Shown piece after piece: positions 41,746-49,999 of a DNA stretch of 64,000 nucleotides (its first letter is position 1; each line of letters starts with the position of its first letter). Location of the stretch: positions 2,848,001 to 2,912,000 of the forward strand of contig OY759353.1 of the NCBI GenBank assembly GCA_963662315.1, in the 5' to 3' direction. The position numbers and the translations under genes are program-made. Under the pieces are notes generated by a model, which saw only the letters and a program-made list of their open reading frames with translations, was not told the origin of the DNA and searched no databases. This stretch comes from Geopsychrobacteraceae bacterium (GTDB taxonomy: Bacteria > Desulfobacterota > Desulfuromonadia > Desulfuromonadales > Geopsychrobacteraceae).

Positions 41746-43263
41746 CTGCAGGCCAAAGCCTGCGAGCTAAGAGCATTAGAGCACGAAGCCGCAGTCCAAA
41801 TGCTTAAAAAAGAAAAACTGAAAATCCGTCAGGGGCAGACCACCAAGGCCATAACCCTGGTTGACGAAGCCGGGGAAACTATCGGCTCCACCGACATCGC
41901 CCACCTGGCCCATAACAAAGGCACCATGGTCAGCACCGCCGCCGCCCTTGAAAACGCGCCCCTGTCCAAACTCAAAATCCGCCAGGCTATCGGACACAGT
42001 CAATTCGAAGTAACCACCATAACCAAAAGCTCCCGCCTTGCACGCGCCCTGGAAGTTCCAGAACTTGAAAGTAATGTGGATATCAAAGTCAAAGCAAGCG
42101 CGATCCGCACCATGCGCAAGACCCTGGTACCAGCGGTTATTCTGTTTGAAATTTGGAATTTGAATACAGCTGTGAAAGCGTGGGAAAAGGCAAGACAACT
42201 TCAACAGGATGAAAATAAAGCCGCAGCAGATGTTTTTAACGGCTTGTCTGACTTAGCATTCGCCACAATGGAAGCAATCATCCTATTTACCGAAGAAAAT
42301 TCTAAGATATATACATTTCTGAAATACAAAGCATTTACTCTCTTTGGCAGAAACATTGGTCTGGCACCTTTTACAGGTGCAGTTACCGGATTGTTCAGTT
42401 GCGCGCTCTCTTTACGTGAATGCGTCCATTCAATTAAATATAACGACACAGATGCTGCTGTTGGCCATGCGATCATGACCAGTGGATTTGTCCTTTCCAC
42501 CATTGCCATTATTGGCGATACCAGCTTACCCGCTATAGCCGCCGGGATTGGGTGGACAGCCGCTTTTACTCCCTACCTTTGGGGCTTTGTTGGAATTATT
42601 TTTATTGGGGCCGGAATAGTCGCATTGTGTCAGGATGAACCGATTGAAAAATGGGCAGCCAATGGCCCCTTTAGCCTTGTTGAGGGGGCTGAAGAGCTGA
42701 GCTACCTGCACACCAACCCCAAAATCAGCTATCAGGTGTTGTGCAATGCCTTGTATACACCCCAAATAAGCGGCCGCAGTATAACAACCCCCATTTACAC
42801 CGCCTGTCAAAAAGGGGACTTTGAGGTGACTATCAGCCTGCCCAAATTTCGCCTTGGGTTTAACGACCTGGACGTGCGTGCCAGTTGGGAGGTTCACACA
42901 GCACAGGCCAGCGGCTTAAGCAGCTACCCGCAACAAACCGTTTATCCCTATATGATCCAGCAACTCACCGATGACAGTCGCCGCATCACCGGGTTCAAAT
43001 ATTTCTACAGCCCGCCTCAGCGCAAAACAGCCCGTCCTTTGTGGCAGGCCAAAGCCCGCCTGTTTATGGATAACGACCTTATCCTGCCGGACGGCGAACG
43101 CAAACATGTAACCGGTGAACTGCTGCTAGCAGAAGCTGTACAAAAACCGGTTAAAAGAGCAGAGGAATCGGATACCGCCTTCTTGCAGCGCTGGGAAAAA
43201 CATCACCAGCAGGAAGAAGCCATTAACCCCAAACAACCCGGTTGGGTCTACACAACAAACTAA
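41746..43263 (+). pseudogene. long orphan toxin C-terminal module with an alternative hydrophobic domain
   Basis: Near-identical to 37992-38411 and ~38846-39497, divergent in between; lacks the N-terminal/MIX half; frame open. Confidence 0.88.
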
Positions 43264-43272
43264 GAGTCCTTT

Positions 43273-44196
43273 ATGGATAACATGATTCAATACACCGACA
43301 CCGCCTACACCCTGGCAAAAAAGAATGGGCTTAAACCTCCAAACCCAGCTGTCTGGCGTGGTCCTCAACGGCACCATCGAGCTCTGGCTCTCCCAAATGG
43401 CATCCACTTTGGAGATTATCGCTGGAGTGTTAAAAAGAAACGACTCAAGCAATTACAGGAAGGTACCCTAGCCAACCCCGATTTAACTAATATTTATCTG
43501 AGCCCTGGTTCAAATCCTCTCTTTATCGTCATGGTTCTTCGCATTTTTGCAATAATTTTTGCTCTCATGGGCTTAGTAACTGGCCTTTTAGGAACAATGC
43601 TTGGAGGGGGGACATTATCAGACTATATCTTCTTTTTCTGGGGTGGGGGGGCCTTCCTATTTCTTCACCTGTTAACAAAGATAGTTCCTGATAAAAATAG
43701 TATTACCATGAATCGTGCAACCGGAATGGTCTCTTTACCGCCATTCTATAAGCAGGACGGGCCACTCCCCTTTGCTGAATTTGATGGTTACTATCGTACT
43801 TCTTGCTCACGTCATGGGGTTATTCGTTACACTTTAAGCCTTTGTCACCGCTATAAACCCATCGCTATTATCACCGATGTCGGCGAGACAAAAAGGCCGA
43901 TACTCTTCAGCCAATGGGAAATGTACCAGCAACTTATGGATATCAATCAACCGCTTCCGGATCTTCCTGAATACGAACCGGTCCGCCATCTCGACCCAAC
44001 AACCAAAGCCTGGGACGAAAAGCACAAGCGCGATCCCAACTACTGGAAGAATTTTGATTTGCGCAATGCCTACAATGCAATGATAGACTCGGTTGACAAA
44101 TGCGAAGCCTTTGACTGGGATAGCCTGCCAACCGATCACGTACCACCAGAAGCCAAAGCCAGAGCGTCCAGAATGGCGCAACTGTTTAAGGAATAG
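43273..44196 (+). CDS. immunity protein 3 (type A; probable cognate of the long orphan)
   Basis: Paralog 9 nt after the orphan stop. Confidence 0.8.
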   Translation: MDNMIQYTDTAYTLAKKNGLKPPNPAVWRGPQRHHRALALPNGIHFGDYRWSVKKKRLKQLQEGTLANPDLTNIYLSPGSNPLFIVMVLRIFAIIFALMGLVTGLLGTMLGGGTLSDYIFFFWGGGAFLFLHLLTKIVPDKNSITMNRATGMVSLPPFYKQDGPLPFAEFDGYYRTSCSRHGVIRYTLSLCHRYKPIAIITDVGETKRPILFSQWEMYQQLMDINQPLPDLPEYEPVRHLDPTTKAWDEKHKRDPNYWKNFDLRNAYNAMIDSVDKCEAFDWDSLPTDHVPPEAKARASRMAQLFKE

Positions 44197-44205
44197 TGCT
44201 GGTGA

Positions 44206-44297
44206 GTTCTTTGACAATTGAATACCCCCATTGGGGATAACGCTTAGATCTTTGTTCTTCTTTGCGTGAGACAGTTTTTGGGTTTTGTATTTCGCCC
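44206..44297 (+). promoter_or_regulatory. module junction repeat 3 with boxA-like motif
   Basis: Same motif and spacer as 40443. Confidence 0.6.
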
Positions 44298-44518
44298 TGT
44301 GGCAAGCCAAAGCCAGGCTGCAACGAACCGGCGGCATTATGCTGCTCGACGGTAAACGCGAAGACGTTACCGGACGCTTACTCATCCCGGAATTGTCCGA
44401 ACCAAAGCAGCAACCGGAACAAACCGCTGCCGAATATGAACTGGCCCTGCAGAAGTACCGCGACCAGTTAAATCATATTGGCCCCAAAGTCCCCGGCTGG
44501 GTCTATACAACCAACTAA
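44298..44518 (+). pseudogene. orphan effector 3' tail, type B
   Basis: WQAKARLQRTGG...PGWVYTTN*. Confidence 0.8.
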
Positions 44519-44527
44519 GGTTACACG

Positions 44528-45457
44528 ATGCCTAAAATGATTGAATACACGGATACTGCTTACACCTACGCACAGAAAAAGGATCTGGCGCCAGCTGATC
44601 CAACGCTCTGGACCGGTCGTTTGAAACATATCCGTGCCATCTCTTTACCCAATGGGGTCCATTGCGGCGATTTTCGCTGGAACCTCAGAGAATCCATGCT
44701 CAATTCCATGAAAAATGGAAAACTTCGTATTGGTGATCTGGAGAATCTTCGCATCAGTTGTACTAATAATCCATTAGTATATGTATATATGTTGCGATAT
44801 ATGGCAGGCTTTTTGGCATCATGTTCTTTTGTGCTATTTATACTTTTCTCTTTCTCTATAAAATCTTTTGATGGGATCCTTTTTGTTTTTTTTCTTATAA
44901 CTGGGGGAGCTTGGCTAATTTTCCACTACCTCACCAAAATTGTCCCCGACAAGAACAACATTACCATCAACCGAGCCACCGGTATGGTTTGTTTGCCACC
45001 CGGAAAGTACCGACCAACAGCCCGCGAAATTCCTTTTGCCGAATTTGATGGCTACTGCCGTTCGACGACCTCACCGGTTGGTGTTGCATCCTATTATTTT
45101 TGCATGGGACATCGCTATGAGCCGATTTATGTCAGTTACGGTGGGGAAGCGACCACCTTCGGTGATCATTACGGCACCTGGGAAGAACTGCAGCAACTGA
45201 TGGATATCAACCTCCCCCTGCCTGATCTGCCTGAATTCGAACCGTTCCGGCAGCAGGACCCAACCACCAAAGCTTGGGATGAAAAGCATGGGCGCGATCC
45301 TGATTACTGGAAAAAGATGAACCCCGACTGGCTGCCGGACTTGCGCCGCGAAGGTTACGAAGCCCTGAAAGCCGTCGACTGGAGCCTGCTGCCCCGCGAT
45401 CATGTGCCATCGGCAGAAGCTATTGAAGAGGCCCGTAGGGCCGCACGGCGCAGATGA
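44528..45457 (+). CDS. orphan immunity protein 4 (type B, mosaic)
   Basis: Paralog; TM segment as in 40748, flanks as in 48309. Confidence 0.8.
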   Translation: MPKMIEYTDTAYTYAQKKDLAPADPTLWTGRLKHIRAISLPNGVHCGDFRWNLRESMLNSMKNGKLRIGDLENLRISCTNNPLVYVYMLRYMAGFLASCSFVLFILFSFSIKSFDGILFVFFLITGGAWLIFHYLTKIVPDKNNITINRATGMVCLPPGKYRPTAREIPFAEFDGYCRSTTSPVGVASYYFCMGHRYEPIYVSYGGEATTFGDHYGTWEELQQLMDINLPLPDLPEFEPFRQQDPTTKAWDEKHGRDPDYWKKMNPDWLPDLRREGYEALKAVDWSLLPRDHVPSAEAIEEARRAARRR

Positions 45458-45464
45458 AGGTTTA

Positions 45465-45553
45465 GTTCTTTGATAATTGGATAGGTCCTTATGAGGGGAC
45501 AACGCTTGGATCTTTGTTCTTCTTTGCGTGAGACAGTTTTTGGGTTTTACCTC
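45465..45553 (+). promoter_or_regulatory. module junction repeat 4 (diverged boxA-like motif)
   Basis: GTTCTTTGATAATTGGATA + conserved spacer. Confidence 0.55.
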
Positions 45554-45777
45554 TGTGGAAGGCCAAAGCCCGCCTGTTTATGGATAACGACACCATCCTG
45601 CCGGACGGCGAACGCAAACATGTAACCGGTGAACTGCTGCTAGCAGAAGCTGTACAAAAACCGGTTAAAAAGTCAGAAGAATCAGACACCGCCTTTTTGC
45701 AGCGCTGGGAAAAGCATCACCAGCAGGAAGAAGCCATTAACCCAAATAAACCCGGTTGGATTTACACCAAAGCTTAA
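45554..45777 (+). pseudogene. orphan effector 3' tail, type A variant
   Basis: Homologous to 39274-39497; ends PGWIYTKA*. Confidence 0.8.
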
Positions 45778-45786
45778 GGGACCTTC

Positions 45787-46716
45787 ATGGTTGATATGCT
45801 GCAATATACAAAAAACGCTTATACCTTAAACCAAAAGAAAAAACTCCCCCCAGCTGACTCAGATGTCTGGAAAGGGGTACAACGCATTAAACGGGCTATT
45901 TCTATGCCCAACGGCATCTTTTGTGGAGATTATCGCTGGCGTGCGAACGCCTCTAGTATTAGAAAACTCCGCAAAGGGACCATGCCCATAACTGATCTCC
46001 ACAAGCTTCATTTAAGTTGTGGGAATAATCCCTTTGTGCTTGTTTTGGCATTACGCACAGCATCAACAATATTATCTATCGCAGGGTTGTTCCCTCTAAT
46101 TATTGATTTAATTAATGGTTTTCCTCTAAGGTTTAATAGTTTTTCTCTCACATTAGTGGGCGCAGTGGGCTTCATAATTTTCCACATACTCTCTAAAATT
46201 ACCCCAGACAAAAACAACATCACTATGGATCGTGCAACTGGAATGGTACATTTTCCGGCAAGAGGAAAACAGGCCGAGCGGTTTGTTCCTTTTGCGGAAC
46301 TTGACGGCTATTACAATACAGTTTGTACACCTAATGGCGTGGTTCGTTACTCCCTGCAGGTGTGCCACCGCTATGAGCCGCTCAGTGCAATGCCCGGTGA
46401 TGCCGTCACTAATGAACAGGAGATCTTTGGCAGCTGGGAAATTCTGCAACAGATGATGGATGTCTCCCTACCACTACCCGATATTCCGGAATTGGAACCA
46501 GTCCGTCACCTCGACCCTACGACCAGAACCTGGGACAAAGAGCATGACCGTGACCCTAATTACTGGAAAAACTTCGACCTTGATAAACTAGAGAATGAAA
46601 TTATGTTTTCCACTCGCAAGCTTGAGGCCGTTGATTGGCACAGCCTGCCAACCGATCACGTACCACCAGAAGCCAAAGCCAGAGCATCCAGAATGGCGCA
46701 ACTGTTTAAGGAATAG
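45787..46716 (+). CDS. orphan immunity protein 5 (divergent type A)
   Basis: Paralog; MVDMLQYT...RMAQLFKE. Confidence 0.8.
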   Translation: MVDMLQYTKNAYTLNQKKKLPPADSDVWKGVQRIKRAISMPNGIFCGDYRWRANASSIRKLRKGTMPITDLHKLHLSCGNNPFVLVLALRTASTILSIAGLFPLIIDLINGFPLRFNSFSLTLVGAVGFIIFHILSKITPDKNNITMDRATGMVHFPARGKQAERFVPFAELDGYYNTVCTPNGVVRYSLQVCHRYEPLSAMPGDAVTNEQEIFGSWEILQQMMDVSLPLPDIPELEPVRHLDPTTRTWDKEHDRDPNYWKNFDLDKLENEIMFSTRKLEAVDWHSLPTDHVPPEAKARASRMAQLFKE

Positions 46717-46725
46717 TGCTGGTGA

Positions 46726-46819
46726 GTTCTTTGACAATTGAATACCCCCTTTTGGGGACAACGCTTGGATCTTTGTTCTTCTTTGCATGAGACAGTTTTT
46801 GGGTTTTGTGTTTCGCCCC
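46726..46819 (+). promoter_or_regulatory. module junction repeat 5 with boxA-like motif
   Basis: Same motif and spacer as 40443. Confidence 0.6.
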
Positions 46820-47043
46820 TGTGGCAGGCCAAAGCCCGCCTGTTTATGGATAACGACCTTATCCTGCCGGACGGCGAACGCAAACATGTAACCGGTGAAC
46901 TGCTGCTAGCAGAAGCTGTACAAAAACCGGTTAAAAAAGCAGAGGAATCGGACACCGCCTTTTTGCAGCGCTGGGAAAAGCATCACCAGCAGGAAGAAGT
47001 CATCAACCCCAAACAACCCGGTTGGGTCTACACAACAAACTAA
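46820..47043 (+). pseudogene. orphan effector 3' tail, type A
   Basis: Near-identical to 39274-39497. Confidence 0.8.
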
Positions 47044-47052
47044 GGATCCTTA

Positions 47053-47976
47053 ATGGATAACATGATTCAATACACCGACACCGCCTACACCCTGGCAAAA
47101 AAGAATGGGCTTAAACCACCTGACCCAGCCCTGTGGAAAGGGGCCCAGCGCACTCTCCGTGCCATACCCCTCCCCAATGGCATCTTTTGTGGAGATTTCC
47201 GCTATAACATTATAGGCAGGCATATACGGGCCTTAAAATTGGGGAAAAATCCGCAAGAAACGTTAACCGAACTGAGGATAGGGGTAGGCCGTAATCCCCT
47301 TGTTAATGTCATGCTCCTCAGGGTTCTTGCTGCAATTTTTGCGGTGGCTGGTTTAGCCCCTGGTATAGCGGGAATTATGATAGGAGGTTCCAAATTTTCA
47401 GATTTTTCATTGTTCTTCTGGGGGGGGGGGGCATTTATCTTCTTCCATCTGCTCACCAAGATTGTTCCTGATAAAAACAACATTACCGTCAACCGTGCCA
47501 CCGGCATGATCAGTTTTCCAAAAATTGGTCGCAGGCCAGCCCAGGAACTCCCCTTTGCCGAATTTGATGCCTACTACTTTAGTAGCACTTATCCAACCGG
47601 TGTCGTCCATTATATTTTAAGTGTTTGCCACCGTTACTCACCCGCATTCACACATCAGGGCAATTCGGTCCGTATTAAGGAGATATTCATGGAATGGGAG
47701 TTCCTCCAGCAACTTATGGATGTCAACTTACCATTACCAGATATCCCCAGATTCGAACCCCTGCGGCACCTTGACCCAACCACCAAAGCCTGGGACGAAG
47801 AACATGGTCGTGACCCCAATTACTGGAAAAATTATGACCTGCGCAACCTGAAGGCAGAACAAACAGCATCCAGCCGTAAACAAGACAGTATCGATTGGCA
47901 CAGCTTGCCAACCGATCACGTACCACCAGAAACCAAAGCCAGAGCGTCCAGAATGGCGCAACTGTTTAAGGAATAG
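47053..47976 (+). CDS. orphan immunity protein 6 (type A)
   Basis: Close paralog of 39507 with a different TM segment. Confidence 0.8.
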   Translation: MDNMIQYTDTAYTLAKKNGLKPPDPALWKGAQRTLRAIPLPNGIFCGDFRYNIIGRHIRALKLGKNPQETLTELRIGVGRNPLVNVMLLRVLAAIFAVAGLAPGIAGIMIGGSKFSDFSLFFWGGGAFIFFHLLTKIVPDKNNITVNRATGMISFPKIGRRPAQELPFAEFDAYYFSSTYPTGVVHYILSVCHRYSPAFTHQGNSVRIKEIFMEWEFLQQLMDVNLPLPDIPRFEPLRHLDPTTKAWDEEHGRDPNYWKNYDLRNLKAEQTASSRKQDSIDWHSLPTDHVPPETKARASRMAQLFKE

Positions 47977-47985
47977 TGCTGGTGA

Positions 47986-48078
47986 GTTCTTTGACAATTG
48001 AATACCCCCATTGGGGGACAACGCTTGGATCTTTGCTTTTCTTTACATGAGACAGTTTTTAGGTTTCGTGTTTCGCCC
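47986..48078 (+). promoter_or_regulatory. module junction repeat 6 with boxA-like motif
   Basis: Same motif and spacer as 40443. Confidence 0.6.
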
Positions 48079-48299
48079 TGTGACAAGCCAAATCCAGGCT
48101 GCAACGAACCGACGGCATTATGCTGCCCGACGGCAAACGCGAAGACGTTACCGGCCGCTTACTCATCCCGGAATTGTCCAAGCCGGAAAAACAACCGGAG
48201 CAGACCAGTGCCGAATATGAACTGACCCTGCAAAAGTACCGCAACCAGTTAAACCATATTGACCCCAAAGTCCCCGGCTGGGTCTACACCACCAACTAA
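48079..48299 (+). pseudogene. orphan effector 3' tail, type B (TGG>TGA)
   Basis: Homologous to 44298-44518. Confidence 0.8.
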
Positions 48300-48308
48300 G
48301 GTTACACG

Positions 48309-49235
48309 ATGCCTAAAATGATTGAATACACGGATACGGCTTACACCTATGCACAGAAAAAGGATCTGGCACCAGCCGATCCAGCTCTCTGGACCGGTCG
48401 TTTGAAACATATCCGTGCCATATCTTTACCCAATGGGGTTCATTGTGGCGATTTTCGCTGGAACCTCAGAGAATCCATGCTCAATTCCATGAAAAATGGA
48501 AAACTTCGTATTGGTGATCTAGAGAATCTTCGCATCAGTTGCACTAATAACCCGTTAGTTTATATCTATATTCTTCGGTTTATGGCAGGGGTTATTTCCC
48601 TTGCCGGTCTTTTCCCCATGTTTATATATATTTCCAACGGCAAATTAACATTACTTTCGTCTTCTGTTTTCCTAGTGGGGGGAGGGGTTTGGCTAATTTT
48701 CCACTACCTCACCAAGATTGTCCCCGACAAAAACAACATTACCATCAACCGAGCCACCGGTATGGTTTGTTTGCCTCCCGGAAAGTACCGACCAACAGCC
48801 CGCGAAATTCCTTTTGCCGAATTTGATGGCTACTGCCGCTCGACGACCTCACCGGTTGGTGTTGCATCCTATTATTTTTGCATGGGACATCGCTATGAGC
48901 CGATTTATGTCAGTTACGGTGGGGAAGCGACCACCTTCGGTGATCATTACGGCACCTGGGAAGAACTGCAGCAACTGATGGATATCAACCTCCCCCTGCC
49001 TGATCTGCCTGAATTCGAACCATTCCGGCAGCAGGACCCAACCACCAAAGCTTGGGATGAAAAGCATGGGCGCGATCCTGATTACTGGAAAAAGATGAAC
49101 CCCGACTGGCTGCCGGACTTGCGCCGCGAAGGTTACGAAGCCCTGAAAGCCGTCGACTGGAGCCTGCTGCCCCGCGATCATGTGCCATCGGCAGAAGCGA
49201 TTGAAGAGGCCCGTAGGACCGCACGGCGCAGATAA
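48309..49235 (+). CDS. orphan immunity protein 7 (type B)
   Basis: Near-identical to 44528 outside the TM segment. Confidence 0.8.
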   Translation: MPKMIEYTDTAYTYAQKKDLAPADPALWTGRLKHIRAISLPNGVHCGDFRWNLRESMLNSMKNGKLRIGDLENLRISCTNNPLVYIYILRFMAGVISLAGLFPMFIYISNGKLTLLSSSVFLVGGGVWLIFHYLTKIVPDKNNITINRATGMVCLPPGKYRPTAREIPFAEFDGYCRSTTSPVGVASYYFCMGHRYEPIYVSYGGEATTFGDHYGTWEELQQLMDINLPLPDLPEFEPFRQQDPTTKAWDEKHGRDPDYWKKMNPDWLPDLRREGYEALKAVDWSLLPRDHVPSAEAIEEARRTARRR

Positions 49236-49242
49236 TGGTTTA

Positions 49243-49261
49243 GTTCTTTGACAACTGAATA
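49243..49261 (+). promoter_or_regulatory. terminal boxA-like motif; end of array
   Basis: GTTCTTTGACAACTGAATA; similarity to the other junctions ends a few nt later. Confidence 0.55.
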
Positions 49262-49321
49262 TCCCATATTCTGAGACATTGTTGCGCCGGGTTGCCAAAG
49301 AACCGTTACTCCTGTCATCCG

Positions 49322-49987
49322 CTAGACAATACATCCATCTTCAATAGTAATCGACCGCTGGGCCATAGCAGCATAAGTCGGGTCGTGGGTCACCATGACA
49401 ATCGCCATGCCTTCGGCGTTCAGTTCGGTTAGCAGTTTCATGATCTGCTCTCCGGTTCGTTTATCCAGGCTGCCAGTGGGCTCATCTGCAAATAAGACCC
49501 GGGAAGATTTCACCAGGGCCCGGGCAATGGCAACACGCTGCTGCTCACCACCGGAAAGCTGCCCCGGTAAACGCTCAACCTTGTCCGCCAGTCCAACCCG
49601 TGCCAGACATTGGTGGGCCTTTTCAATCGCCTCCCGGTTAATGCCACGAAGCGATTTCATATACGGTAGCAATACATTTTCCAGCACCGTCAGGTATGGG
49701 AGCAAATGATGGAACTGGAAAATGATGGAGAAGTCGGATTGCCGCAGCAGGTTGAGTCGCTGATCAGAGATCTGGCACAGGTCTTCATCAAAGTAGTGCA
49801 ATGCGCCGGCATCGGCGTCGACCAGGGTCGAGAGAACGTTGAGCAGGGTGCTCTTGCCGGAGCCTGAGCGCCCGATAATAGAGACAAACTCCCCTTCGTT
49901 GATAGCGACGGAAACGCCCTTAAGCACTGGAACCCGTTGCCCATCGGTATAAAAGCATTTTTCAATATTTCTGGCTGAAATCATCAT
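49322..49987 (-). CDS. ABC transporter ATP-binding protein (LolD/MacB-like)
   Basis: GRSGSGKS, LSGGEQQRV, ADEPTG.LD. Confidence 0.95.
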   Translation of the reverse strand: MMISARNIEKCFYTDGQRVPVLKGVSVAINEGEFVSIIGRSGSGKSTLLNVLSTLVDADAGALHYFDEDLCQISDQRLNLLRQSDFSIIFQFHHLLPYLTVLENVLLPYMKSLRGINREAIEKAHQCLARVGLADKVERLPGQLSGGEQQRVAIARALVKSSRVLFADEPTGSLDKRTGEQIMKLLTELNAEGMAIVMVTHDPTYAAMAQRSITIEDGCIV

Positions 49988-49999
49988 AAGATTCTCCTG

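Noticed and set aside
40443..49261. Junction repeats as a CRISPR array or an rRNA operon remnant
   Set aside because: Repeats are separated by 1.2-2.5 kb of protein-coding modules; no cas, rRNA or tRNA sequence was recognised.
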